Of a stretch of DNA of 64,000 nucleotides, positions 48,115 through 60,993 are shown piece after piece. Source of the DNA: an uncultured delta proteobacterium (GTDB taxonomy: Bacteria > Myxococcota_A > Polyangia > Polyangiales > B10-G4); the NCBI GenBank assembly GCA_963727445.1, contig CAVSGI010000015.1, positions 384,001 to 448,000 of the forward strand. Reading direction: 5' to 3'. The notes under the pieces are model-generated. The model was given only the letters and a program-made list of their open reading frames with translations. It did not search any database and was not told the DNA's origin. Every line of letters begins with the position of its first letter. The stretch's first letter is position 1. The translations under genes and the position numbers were made by a program.

Positions 48115-49074
48115 TCAGCCGGGGAGCCCGACCGCTTCGAGAGGCACGTCGACCGCAAAGATGCGGCCGCTGAGGGTGGCGATCTTCATCCACTCCAGGA
48201 TCGGACGGGGGGCGGGCGCACCTTCGAAGACGGCGAGGGACGCCTCGGCGAAACCGTTCACGACGACGCGCGCGAAGACGGAGCCGCTCTCTGGGTTGGC
48301 GAGATGTGGGCGTCCGGTGTAGCCGGGGAAGGGACGAAGCGCGTACCACGCGAGGCCGCGGGCGAGGACGTCGAGCTCCACACCGAGGCGTTCGAGACCC
48401 GCCGCTCGGGCGAAGCGCGCGAGGGCCTGGGGAGTCCGCTGAGGGACGATCGGGGGACAGGGGGGCAGCTCGCGGTGATCGCGAACCGTCTCGGGGGCGT
48501 AGTGGAGCGAGAAGGAGGTCTCGACGAAGCCGGCGTGGAAGTCGATGGCGACGTCGGCTCTCAGAGCGGCGCGGAGGGCCTCGTCCTCTACCGGCATCCA
48601 TGCCTCCTCGACGCCCTCGTAGTGTCCGCGCGCCTGCTGCACGAGCGCGAGGTTGAGGGGTGCGATGGCGCGCACGCCCCGCGCCGCGAGCGCGTCCACG
48701 CCGGCTTGCAGGGCGTGGCTGTGGAGCGGGCTGCCGTGGAAGGTCATCAGCACGACCCGCTGCGCTCCGAGGTCCGCGAGGCGATGAACGGTCTCGAGCA
48801 CCTGCCGCCGCACGTCGACGAAGGGAGTGGGTCGCGAGCCCGGGCCGGCGCAGGGATCGACGCCCACGTCGAGCTCGGGCGCGAGGAGAAAGGGATGATC
48901 GCCCAGGGCCTCGCGGAAGCGTTCGTGCAGATCCTTCGCGATGCCGACGCTCACCAGGTTGTCGTTCCGCAGCGACAGATGCGGGCCGTGGTACTCGATC
49001 GGGTTGACCGGTACGAAGATCGGGGCGCCGGCTTCGAGGTGGCGCTTCAGCTCCGCTTCCGGTGGGAGGCTCAC
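48115..49074 (-). CDS. Creatininase-family metal-dependent amidohydrolase
   Basis: PIEYHGPHLSLRND, TFHGS, DFHAGFVETS match the E-x-HGPHL..D / HG / HAG..ETS metal motifs. Confidence 0.8.
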   Translation of the reverse strand: MSLPPEAELKRHLEAGAPIFVPVNPIEYHGPHLSLRNDNLVSVGIAKDLHERFREALGDHPFLLAPELDVGVDPCAGPGSRPTPFVDVRRQVLETVHRLADLGAQRVVLMTFHGSPLHSHALQAGVDALAARGVRAIAPLNLALVQQARGHYEGVEEAWMPVEDEALRAALRADVAIDFHAGFVETSFSLHYAPETVRDHRELPPCPPIVPQRTPQALARFARAAGLERLGVELDVLARGLAWYALRPFPGYTGRPHLANPESGSVFARVVVNGFAEASLAVFEGAPAPRPILEWMKIATLSGRIFAVDVPLEAVGLPG

Positions 49075-49116
49075 GCTCCAGGCATAGCACGCCCCCGAGG
49101 CGCGCGCGCCGTCGGC

Positions 49117-51000
49117 TCAACCCGCGACGCTGGCGATCACTTTCTGGATCGCGATGCCGACGCCCATGAGCGATTCGCCGGCGATCAGCCCTGAAGCGAG
49201 GACGATCAGGAAGCGCTCGGCCCAGGTCTCGGCGTACTTGGTCACCAGCAGCGCCACCACCGCACCGAAGAACATGCTCATCGAGTTCCACGCCGGGATG
49301 ACGAAGGCGAGGCCGAGCGCAGCCGGGCTGGGCGTCCATTGGGCGAGACGCTTCGGGAGCAGCTTTTCGAGGACCGCGAGGAGGATGCCGATGCCGCCCG
49401 CGATGGCGAGCGCGCCGAGGGCGCCGGTGGGCATGGCCTCGATGCCGACCATGAACACCTCCGCTACGGCCTTCCAGGCGATCACCGCCGGTGCCGGCCA
49501 CTCCGGCGTTCCGATCATGCTCGCCGGGTCCGGCATGATGAGCAGATATGCCCAGCTACCGACGAGAGCGCCGGAGAGGGCGCCGAAGATCTGCGCGAAG
49601 CTCTGGAGCCGAGGCGAGGCTCCGATCATCAGGCCGGTCTTCATGTCGTGGAGGAGATCGGCGCACTGGCTCGCCGCGCCGCCCGTGACGTTCGCCGCCA
49701 TGAGGTTGCCGGTCGGGTCACCGGGAGAGACGACACCGAAGGTCAGCTGGGTGACCTTGCCCATCGCGCCGACGGGCGTGACCCCGGTTTCCCCGGAGAC
49801 GCGCGCGGCCACGACCGCGAGGAGGAAGGTCAGAAGCACGCCGAAGGCGGCGGTCCACCACGAGATGCCGAAGAAGGCGATCTGCGTGATCGTCGCCGCC
49901 ACCAGGACGACGCCGAGCCCGCCGATGAAATACTTGCGGGGAACCTCGTCCGCGTCCTCGACGCTGGTGATGTCGGCCGCTTCGCCGTCGCCCTCGTCGC
50001 CACCGCGCTTGCCGCGGATGGCGTCGACGATGGAGCGCCAAGAGAAGGCGAAGCTCGTCAGCGAGGAGGTGACCATCATCGCGACGCCGGGCCAGAGGAG
50101 CCACTTCACGGTGTTCTTGAACCACGGGCTGTCCGCGGCGATGGCGCCTTCGGGCGTGAAGGTCATGTGGGCCCAACCCATCTCGAGGACCCAGGGTCCG
50201 ACGATCCCCCACGCGACGATGGCGCCGAGCATCATCGAAGCCGCCGCGCGCATCCCGATGATCGCGCCGACCGCCGCGAGGAGCAGCGACGGATCGAAGG
50301 CGAAGGTCATGTTCTTGAGAGAGATGGTCTGCGCGCCCGCGTTGGCGGCGGCGCCCGTGGCCTTGAAGAAGCCGGGGACGCGTCCGTGCGGGATCGGGAT
50401 CAAGTCGGCGGCGAGCTTGAGCGCGGCCGCGAAGACGCCGCCGCCCACCAGCATCAGGACCTGCTTCATCGCGTCGCTTCCGCGCGCGTACATCTTCTTC
50501 ACAGTCTCGGCGGTGGCGATGCCGCTCGGGAAGGGGAGCGCGTCGACGAGGAGCATCTGACGCCTGAGGCCGATGGCGACCACGATGCCGCAGAGGGTGA
50601 TCACGAATGTCCACACCACCAGAACGCCCCAGGTGAACTGGTAGCCGGTGAGCATGGTGAGGGCGGGGATGGGCGCGACCAGCCCGGCGGACGAGATCGA
50701 GGCCGCGGACGACGCCGCTGTCTGGTTGATGTTGTTCTCGAGGAGCCCCCACTCCTTCGAGTGGATCACCGCGCGCAGCGTCTGCCAGAAGCCGAAGCCC
50801 AACAGCGCCGCGGTGATCGACATGTTGAAGCCCCAGCCGATGAGCAGCCCGCTGTACACGTTGCAGAGCGAGAGCACGCCGCCGAGGATCATCCCGGTCA
50901 CCACCGCGCGGATCGTGAGCTGCGCCGCTTCGCGATTGACCGGTGGATACTCGCCGGTGCGAAGCGCGGAGAGGTCCATCTCCTCTTCGTCCATCCCCAT
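49117..51000 (-). CDS. OPT-family oligopeptide transporter
   Basis: QLTIRAV, NVYSGL, ENNINQTAASS, LPFPSGIATA, DLLHDMKTG, SGLIAGESLMG; many TM helices. Confidence 0.92.
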   Translation of the reverse strand: MGMDEEEMDLSALRTGEYPPVNREAAQLTIRAVVTGMILGGVLSLCNVYSGLLIGWGFNMSITAALLGFGFWQTLRAVIHSKEWGLLENNINQTAASSAASISSAGLVAPIPALTMLTGYQFTWGVLVVWTFVITLCGIVVAIGLRRQMLLVDALPFPSGIATAETVKKMYARGSDAMKQVLMLVGGGVFAAALKLAADLIPIPHGRVPGFFKATGAAANAGAQTISLKNMTFAFDPSLLLAAVGAIIGMRAAASMMLGAIVAWGIVGPWVLEMGWAHMTFTPEGAIAADSPWFKNTVKWLLWPGVAMMVTSSLTSFAFSWRSIVDAIRGKRGGDEGDGEAADITSVEDADEVPRKYFIGGLGVVLVAATITQIAFFGISWWTAAFGVLLTFLLAVVAARVSGETGVTPVGAMGKVTQLTFGVVSPGDPTGNLMAANVTGGAASQCADLLHDMKTGLMIGASPRLQSFAQIFGALSGALVGSWAYLLIMPDPASMIGTPEWPAPAVIAWKAVAEVFMVGIEAMPTGALGALAIAGGIGILLAVLEKLLPKRLAQWTPSPAALGLAFVIPAWNSMSMFFGAVVALLVTKYAETWAERFLIVLASGLIAGESLMGVGIAIQKVIASVAG

Positions 51001-51019
51001 GGCCGCCGTGCCTAGCACC

Positions 51020-51336
51020 GGGGACGCTAGATTGAAATTGACTTCTCGGCGCCGCAGCACACGGGACGCTAATTGACAATTGACTTCTCAGCGCCGCAGC
51101 ACGCGCGCGTGGAGGAGAAGTCAATTGTCAATCTAGCGTCCCCTCAGACTTCTCGCTCAGCGCCGCAGCACACGGGGACGCTAGATTGACAAATTGACTT
51201 CTCAGCGCCGCAGCACGCGCGCGTGGAGGAGAAGTCAATTGTCAATCTAGCGTCCCCTCAGATCTCGCTCAGCGCCGCAGCACGCGCGCGTGGAGGAGAA
51301 GTCAATTGTCAATCTAGCGTCCCCTCAGACGTCCCC
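51020..51336. repeat. REP/REPIN-like cluster of a ~29-bp unit GGGGACGCTAGATTGACAATTGACTTCTC
   Basis: Forward copies about 51020-51047, 51063-51089, 51174-51203 (1-nt indels); inverted copies 51115-51143, 51229-51257, 51296-51324; repeated spacer gcgccgcagcac. Confidence 0.88.
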
Positions 51337-52717
51337 TCAGATGACGACGGCGTTTCGTCCGCTGCGCTTGGCGGCGAGGAGGTTGTCGCTGGCGCGCTCG
51401 ACGAGCGCGGCGACGGCTTCCTCGGTGTCGCGTTCGGCGGCGCCGATGCTGACGGTGACGTTCACTCGTTGGCCTTGGGTGCCTTCGATCTGGTGGCTCT
51501 CCACCGCGGCTCGAATGCGCTCGAGGACGGGCGCTGCCTCGTCGAGGGCGGTGTTGGTGAGGACGACGCAGATCTCCTCGCCGCCGTATCGCGCCACCCA
51601 GTCGCTGCCGCGGATGGTGCTGCGCACCACCTCCGCCAGCTCGCTCAGCACACGGTCGCCGGTGGGCCAGCCGTGCGTCTTGTTCACGTCGCCGAAGTGG
51701 TCGATGTCCAGCAGCGCGACGGTGAGCGGCACCGAGCCGGCCTCGGCCTGCTCCGCCTCGAAGGGGAGCCGCCGGTCGAGATAACGGCGCGAATAGAGCT
51801 GGGTGAGCGCATCCATGTCCGCCTGCTCCTTCAGCTCGTGAAAGAGGCGCCGGCCACGCCGCGTGATCACCTCGGCGACGCGCTCCGCGATCACTCGCGT
51901 GAAGTCCTCGAAGCCGGCGAGGTCGTCGTCCTTGCCCGCCTGGGCGTTCTTTCGGGCGAGCGCCGTCGCGTGAACGACGCGATTCCTCCCGCCCGCCTTC
52001 GCGGCGTAGAGCGCCTGGTTCGCGTCGCGCACCAGCTCTGCGCTCGCCATCGGCGTCTCGGTGCTCGCCGCGCCCACCGAGACAGTGATGGCGATCCCCG
52101 CGAGCGGCTCGGCCTCCACCATCGTCCGCACCCGCTCGGCGATCTCGGTCGCCCGCTCCTCGCCTCCCGACACGAGGATCGCCATCTCTTCCCCACCCAC
52201 GCGCGCGATCAGCGGCTCGGTACCGCACTGAGAGAGGAGCCGCTCGCCCAGCGCGCTGAGCACCGAGTCACCCGCCGAGTGGCCGTGCTGGTCGTTGACC
52301 GCTTTGAAGTGGTCGATGTCGATCGCGACGATGGAGACGGGCCGCTCCACGCTCGCCGAAGAAAGAGCGCGCTCGAGCTCGCGCCCCCACGGGTGCCGCG
52401 TCGCGAGACCGGTGAGCATGTCGCGCGGGCCGGCGAGGGTCGAGCAGGCGGTGGGCGACGAGGGCTACCGGCTCGTCGTAGACGCAGATGTCGTCCCCGG
52501 GGTCGAGGCGCGCGAGCGCGTCGCTCACCAGCTCCGGGTCGACACGCAGGAGCGCCGGGCCATCCAGGCTCTCGCGCTGGGCGAAGAGCGCGTCGAGATC
52601 GTCGAACCCTCTGAGGTCCAACAGCGAGACGTCCGCCTCGGCGCTCGTCACCAGCGTCAGGAGCGGGGAGACGAGGCCGCCGGGCGGGCCGAAGACGCGG
52701 GCTCGGATGCGACGCAC
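51337..52717 (-). CDS. Diguanylate cyclase with two GGDEF domains (apparent +1 frameshift near 52440)
   Basis: DMLTGL..IDIDHFKAVND..ARVGGEEM and DALTQL..LDIDHF..RGSDWVARYGGEEI; an N-terminal ~95-aa segment lies in the adjacent frame from GTG 52717. Confidence 0.85.
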
Positions 52718-52727
52718 GACGAAGAGT

Positions 52728-53693
52728 CTATCCCCAGAGGGTGGGGGGATGAAGGAGGCCGTTCGCGAGCTCGGCGCCGCCTTCACGATCCCGCGCGAGC
52801 AGGAGCGGCCCATCCAGATCGAAGATCGTCGCCTCGTTCGTCAGGAGGAAGGCCGGCGCGATCGCCAGCGAGGTGCACACCATGCAGCCCACCATCACCG
52901 AAAGGCCCATCGACCGCGCCTCGCGCGCCAGCGCCAGAGCCTCGGTGAGGCCGCCGGTCTTGTCGAGCTTCACGTTGATGGCGTCATATCGCCCGGCGAC
53001 GCGTGGCAGCTCCGCGCGGGTGTGAATGGCTTCGTCGGCGCAGATCGACAGCCCCGCGATCTTCACGTCGCGGAGCCCCTCGTCGTCGTCCGCGGGCACC
53101 GGCTGCTCGATCATCGTCACGCCGAGCTCCACCAGACGCGGGCCGAGCGCCTCGACGTCCTGGGCCGTCCAGGACTCGTTGGGATCGGCGACCAGCACCG
53201 CGCGCGGCGCCGCCTTCCGCACCGCCAGCACGCGAGCCACGTCGTCCCCGTCGCCCGCCAGCTTGAGCTTCAGATGACGCGCGCCCAGCGCGGCCGCCGC
53301 CTCGCCCATGCGCGCGGGCGTGTCGATGCTGATCGTGCGCAGGGTCGGCACCGCGCGCGGCGGCGCCACACCGGCGAGCTCCCACACCCGTTTGCCCGCG
53401 CGCCGCGCCTCGAGCTCCCAGAGCGCGCAATCGACAGCCGCGCGCGCGGCGCCGGGACCGAGCGCTTCGCCCAGCTCCTCACGCGTCGCGGTCGCCGGGT
53501 CGAGGCCCTCGATCGCCGCGACCGTGCCCTCCACGGACTCGCCGTAGCGGGCGTAGGGGACGGACTCGCCGCGGCCGACGTGCTCACCGTCGCGGACCTC
53601 GGCGACCACCACCGTCGCCTCGCGCTTCTCACCCCGCGCGATGCGAAAGGCGCCCTCAATCGGCCACACCTCCGGGCGCGCGCGGAAACGCAT
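52728..53693 (-). CDS. dgcA: Enolase-superfamily dipeptide epimerase / N-acetyl-D-Glu racemase (DgcA/YcjG type)
   Basis: GRGESVPYARYGES, LKLK, VADPNESW, IEQP, CADE, NVKLDKTGG, MVGCM, DLDGPLLL. Confidence 0.85.
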   Translation of the reverse strand: MRFRARPEVWPIEGAFRIARGEKREATVVVAEVRDGEHVGRGESVPYARYGESVEGTVAAIEGLDPATATREELGEALGPGAARAAVDCALWELEARRAGKRVWELAGVAPPRAVPTLRTISIDTPARMGEAAAALGARHLKLKLAGDGDDVARVLAVRKAAPRAVLVADPNESWTAQDVEALGPRLVELGVTMIEQPVPADDDEGLRDVKIAGLSICADEAIHTRAELPRVAGRYDAINVKLDKTGGLTEALALAREARSMGLSVMVGCMVCTSLAIAPAFLLTNEATIFDLDGPLLLARDREGGAELANGLLHPPTLWG

Positions 53694-53698
53694 CTAGA

Positions 53699-53962
53699 CT
53701 AGCCAGCCTTCCGGCGGCGGCTCAGGCAGAGGACGAGCGCCGCCACACACAGGCCCAGGGCGGCTCCCGCAATGGGCACGCTGGTCTCGCTCAGAGCACC
53801 CGTGAGCCGGAGGCCGATGGTCCCGAGGCCGAAGAAGGAGAGCGCGAAACCCCAGAACGCGAGGCTTCGCACGCGCATCTTTCCGCGACCACCGACCAGG
53901 AGCGAGGCGGCGAGGAGCACCCCACCGAAGACCAGCGCCCCGAGGTATGCGTGGACCAGCAC
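53699..53962 (-). CDS. Small membrane protein (three hydrophobic segments)
   Basis: GTG start then YLGALVFGGVLLAASLL, FWGFALSFFGLG, AALGLCVAALVL; ends 5 nt before the dgcA start. Confidence 0.55.
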   Translation of the reverse strand: MLVHAYLGALVFGGVLLAASLLVGGRGKMRVRSLAFWGFALSFFGLGTIGLRLTGALSETSVPIAGAALGLCVAALVLCLSRRRKAG

Positions 53963-54011
53963 CCGCAGACGATAACGCTGGCGGACGGGCGGCAGACACC
54001 CCAAAACACCC

Positions 54012-54518
54012 ATGATGGACGACGATCGCCGCATGATGTCCGTGGTGGAGCGCGCTCTCGCGGAGGCCCGAGGCCTCGTCGCGGGAAACCCCACCGTCGA
54101 CGCCGCGCGTGAGAGGCTCGGCGATCGGATCGCCACCGAGCCGGACGTCGGCCAGCCGGTCCGCGTTCGGAGCGGGCTCGGCGTCGAGCATCTCGGCGTC
54201 GTCATCTTCCGCCGGGCGCGCGCGGTGGACGTATGGCTCGGTGCCGGCCGCGTGCGACGGCTCGACGATTGTGCGAAGGCCGCGCCGGCGAAGCGACGTG
54301 AGCTCTCGCATTCGCTCGCGGACGTGGCTGCGAGCGCAGTCGTCTTCGCGTCCCTGTACGAGGGACAGCGCGTTCGTTTTCCTCGCCCCGACGGGACCCT
54401 CGCCTCGGGCCTCTTGGTGGAAAAGTGCCGGTATGGTGCTCTCGTGCTCGACGAGAGCGAGCGCGTGATGGCCGTCGGCTTTCAACAGCTGACCCCGGCC
54501 CCCCAGGAGCGCAGCTGA
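54012..54518 (+). CDS. Hypothetical protein
   Basis: 168-aa ORF filling the gap upstream of the kinase gene on the same strand; LVEKCRYGALV..MAVGF; no function recognised. Confidence 0.55.
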   Translation: MMDDDRRMMSVVERALAEARGLVAGNPTVDAARERLGDRIATEPDVGQPVRVRSGLGVEHLGVVIFRRARAVDVWLGAGRVRRLDDCAKAAPAKRRELSHSLADVAASAVVFASLYEGQRVRFPRPDGTLASGLLVEKCRYGALVLDESERVMAVGFQQLTPAPQERS

Positions 54519-54534
54519 GCTATCATCACGGCCC

Positions 54535-56082
<1,548 letters not shown>

Positions 56083-56122
56083 GGTCGTGGCGGCATACGG
56101 CCGCACACAGTAAGGTGAACGG

Positions 56123-57133
56123 ATGCTCGGCCGCTGGCTCGCCCTCTTCGCCCTCTCCTCGAGCCTGCTGGCTTGCGCCAACGGCGGTCGACGGCCCGCG
56201 ACGGACGGCGGCGTCACCACCGACAGCAGCATCACCGTCGACAGCAATGTCCCCGCCGACGGCAGTGTCCCCGATGGGGCCCCGCGGGACACGGGCACGC
56301 CCGACAGTGGGGTGACCGACAGCGGCCGCCCCGACACCATCGTCCCCAGTGACGGCGGGGATTGCTCGGGTGGGCTGACCCTCTGCGCCGGCGCCTGTGT
56401 GAACCTCGACTCCGACGACGTGAACTGCGGCGCTTGCGAACGCGCGTGCGCCACGGGTGAAGCCTGTATGACCGGGGTCTGCACGAGCGTTTGCCCCATG
56501 GGGGCCATCGACTGCAGTGGCACCTGCGTCGATCCACTGACGGACGACATGAACTGCGGCGGCTGCGGAGCTGCTTGCGGCACGGGGGAAGCCTGCACCG
56601 CAGGCGCGTGCACACCGATCTGCGCGATGGGCGAGACGGCGTGCTCCGGCGTCTGTGTGGACACCAGCGCGGACGACATGAACTGCGGCGCGTGCGGCGT
56701 CGTCTGCGGCACGGGCACGTCATGCACCTCCGGAACCTGCGTGATGGTGCCGACCACGACCACCGTCACCTTTCCTTCGAGCAGCGACACTCGTGTGGCT
56801 TCGGCGGGGCTCTACTTCTGGCGGATGGGCGACTACGTGGAGGGAACGCGAACCACGACTCTGCCGAGCCTCACCAGCGTCAGCTTCGCGCTCACCCTCG
56901 ACTCGAACGGATTGACCTGTGACACCCAGGACGTGTCGCTCTCCATCAACGGCGTCACGGTGGGCTCGTTCTCGATCGCCAGCGGAACCATGAGCGTGAT
57001 GCAGTCGTTCACTTTCGCGGCGATCACCGGTCCCTCCTACACGATCCGCCTCGAGACGACGCGTACCGTGGCGAGCGGATGTGGCTCCGCCGGTTACGCC
57101 AACGACGTGACGATCTTCACCCTCGGCGGCTGA
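56123..57133 (+). CDS. Cys-rich repeat lipoprotein (MXAN_6577-like repeats)
   Basis: Lipobox LAC; three copies of C-x-G-x-CV(N/D)xxxDxxNCGxCxxxCxxGxxC; beta-rich C-terminal domain. Confidence 0.8.
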   Translation: MLGRWLALFALSSSLLACANGGRRPATDGGVTTDSSITVDSNVPADGSVPDGAPRDTGTPDSGVTDSGRPDTIVPSDGGDCSGGLTLCAGACVNLDSDDVNCGACERACATGEACMTGVCTSVCPMGAIDCSGTCVDPLTDDMNCGGCGAACGTGEACTAGACTPICAMGETACSGVCVDTSADDMNCGACGVVCGTGTSCTSGTCVMVPTTTTVTFPSSSDTRVASAGLYFWRMGDYVEGTRTTTLPSLTSVSFALTLDSNGLTCDTQDVSLSINGVTVGSFSIASGTMSVMQSFTFAAITGPSYTIRLETTRTVASGCGSAGYANDVTIFTLGG

Positions 57134-58648
57134 TCAGTCGGCCCACGGGTCGAGGTCCTCCATGTGGCGTGCAGGCGGTTCCTCGACGGCCATGGCGCGG
57201 GTTTGCATCGGCGACGCGCTCGAGCGCCTGCGTGCGTGCTCGCTCAGCTCGAGGTGCACCTCGTCCTGGGGATAGTCGGGGCCGATCTCGGTGGAGAGCG
57301 TCTCGAATCCAGCGAGGCGCGCGGTGACTCGATAGGTCCGATCGGCAGGCGCCGGCACATCGATCGGCGTGTTGCCCACCATCGCGCCGTCGATCTCCAC
57401 CATCGCGCCCGGTGGGTCGGAGAAGACGGTGAGGACGGGTGCTTCCGCCTCCGCAGCGGCCTCCGCCTCCGTCTCTGTCTCCGCTCCGGTCTCCCCTTCC
57501 GCTTCCGACTCCGCGACATCCTCCACCGACGAGCTGGTCGGTGGGCCGGAGGTCGTGTCAACGTCGTCGGTCAGGCCCCCGGCCCCGGACAGCACTCCGA
57601 CACCGCCGACGGTGACGAAACCCAACATCACGCCGCCGATCACGAGCGCTCTCTGCCGTCGGCGCATGGCGCGCACCGCGGGCGGCGCTTCGCTCATCAC
57701 GGTCGCCGTGGGTCCCTCGTCCAGGATCCGCGTCTCCGGTTCCGCTCTGGCGCGCGCCTTCGGCGTCGCGGCGTTGGTGGCGGGCAGGGGGACGAAGCCG
57801 GTGCGGGGGCGGTTCGGGTTCAGCGGCGCTCCAGTCACGGCGGCCTCGAAGGCCTCGGCGAAGGCCCCCGCGGTCGCGAAGCGCGCGTCGGCCTCGCGCG
57901 CCGTGGCTTTGTGGACCACCGCGCATATCTCGGGCCCGAGCTCTGGCGCCGACAGCTCCAGTGGTGGGAGCCCCGCGATCACCTCGCGCACCGCGTCCAT
58001 TCCCTTGCCGGTGAAGGGCGGCCCCCCGGCGAGCGCTGACCACGCGATGACACCGAGCGAGTACCCATCGGCCCGCGAATCGACGGAGTTCCCCATCACC
58101 TGCTCGGGCGCCATGTAACGCACCGTGCCGACGATCTGACCGGTGATGGTCAAGCGGGTCACGTTCGCTGCTTTGGCGATGCCGAAGTCGACGAGCTTCA
58201 CTCCGCTGGGCGTGAGGAAGACGTTGCCGGGCTTGAGGTCGCGGTGAACGACGCCGACCGAGTGCACCGCGTCGAGCGCGGTCGCGATGCCGCGGACCAG
58301 CTCGGCCACCGCGGGCGCCGCGACCGGGGCTTCACGATGCAGGTAGTGGAGCAGGGTCTCGCCTTCGAGGAGCTCCATCACCAGGAAGAGCGAGCCATCA
58401 TCGGTCCGCCCCGCGTCGAAGAACCTCACGACCTGCGGATGCTCGAGCTTGTCGAGGAGCTGGGCCTCGCGCCGAAAGCGGTCCATCGCGGTCTGTGCGC
58501 TGCACCGGTCCTTGCGAATGACCTTGAGCGCGAGCGGGGCGCCGTCGTCGAGGCGCGTCACTCGGTACACGGCGCCCATGCCCCCGGTGGCGATCTCGCC
58601 CTCCACACGGTAGCGCTGACCGACGACCCGTCCCGCCTCGAGCGCCAT
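57134..58648 (-). CDS. Membrane Ser/Thr protein kinase with PEGA domain
   Basis: ATGGMGAV, ALK, HRDLKPGN, DFG, GTVRYMAPE; TM helix; SDPPGAMVEIDG..GNTP (PEGA). Confidence 0.92.
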   Translation of the reverse strand: MALEAGRVVGQRYRVEGEIATGGMGAVYRVTRLDDGAPLALKVIRKDRCSAQTAMDRFRREAQLLDKLEHPQVVRFFDAGRTDDGSLFLVMELLEGETLLHYLHREAPVAAPAVAELVRGIATALDAVHSVGVVHRDLKPGNVFLTPSGVKLVDFGIAKAANVTRLTITGQIVGTVRYMAPEQVMGNSVDSRADGYSLGVIAWSALAGGPPFTGKGMDAVREVIAGLPPLELSAPELGPEICAVVHKATAREADARFATAGAFAEAFEAAVTGAPLNPNRPRTGFVPLPATNAATPKARARAEPETRILDEGPTATVMSEAPPAVRAMRRRQRALVIGGVMLGFVTVGGVGVLSGAGGLTDDVDTTSGPPTSSSVEDVAESEAEGETGAETETEAEAAAEAEAPVLTVFSDPPGAMVEIDGAMVGNTPIDVPAPADRTYRVTARLAGFETLSTEIGPDYPQDEVHLELSEHARRRSSASPMQTRAMAVEEPPARHMEDLDPWAD

Positions 58649-58714
58649 CGCTCTGAGGCTAATCGAACCACCACGATCTTGGAACGGAGGATCGTGAGGT
58701 GCGACTGTCGCCAA

Positions 58715-60015
<1,301 letters not shown>

Positions 60016-60019
<4 letters not shown>

Positions 60020-60993
60020 GACTCTTCGCGCCGGGCTTCCACTCCCCGCGCCCCGAGAGAGAGTGAGAGTAGGTCGAAACCGGCCTCGGCGCATGCCGAC
60101 GCGAATTGGCGCGCCGCGTCCTCGTCGGCGAAGAAAGCCAGCGCCACGTCGCCTCCACCGGCGCCCGACGGTTTCGCCGCGCCGCCGACCTCGCTCGCGA
60201 GGCTCATCACCGACAGGAGCCGCTCCTCGACGATCGGCGCCTCGGCGCGCGCGCCGAGCCCAGCCATGGCGGCGCCGTGCGCCTCCACGGCTTCGATCCA
60301 CCCAGCGGCGTCACCCGATTCGGCCGCCGCGATCATCGCCTCGGCCGCTTCCGCGATGGCCGCGATGGCCGCGTCGTGACCCGAGGCGTCTCGCGCGCGA
60401 AGCGCGCCCACGGCGCGCACGAGCTCGCTCGTCCGCGCTTCCTTTCCGGTCCAGACGACGCGCGTGACCAGCCCCGACGGCAGCGTGGCGTTCGCCGCCT
60501 CGAAGCGCTCGCCCCATCGCCGGTAGAGGGTCACGCCGCCGAGGGTCGCGGCGGCGACGTCGGCGCCGCTCCCTTCGGGCGCGACGCGATGGTGTCCCTG
60601 CATGGCGTCGTCGAGGATCTGCAGCCGGGTCTCGTCCGCCGCGACGTCGCGCCCGTGCGCCGCGTGCACCGCGGCTGCCGCGGCGACCGCGGCCGCTGAC
60701 GACGATCCGAGCCCGAGCTTTTGCGCGCCGCTCTCGCTTCTCAGGTGTCGTGCGTCGAGGCTCATCACTCCGGGGGTGGGGCCGAGGCGAGCCTCGGCCA
60801 CCTCTCGGGCTACCTCGGCTTCGGGCGGAAGTCGCGGCCGATCTCCCGAAGCGTCGCTCGCGGCCGACGAGCCGTCATCAGCGAGGGTCAGAAGGACGCG
60901 CCGATCCACCGCGGCCACCAAAGAGCGATGCCCGTGGAGCACCGCGTACTCCCCGGCCACCATCATCTTCCCGGGCGCGCTGACGCGGATCAC
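60016..60993 (-). CDS. GHMP kinase, probable phosphomevalonate kinase
   Basis: SAPGKMMVAGEYAVL, KLGLGSS, GSGADVAA, AKPSGAGGGD; position in the mevalonate operon. Confidence 0.85.

Noticed and set aside
51020..51336. CRISPR array or transcription-factor operator array
   Set aside because: Mixed orientations and repeated spacers rule out CRISPR; duplicated flanks fit repeat amplification better than operators, though binding cannot be excluded.
51223..52614. Plus-strand ORFs starting MEEKSIVNLASPQ
   Set aside because: They start inside the repeat unit and run antisense to the diguanylate cyclase.
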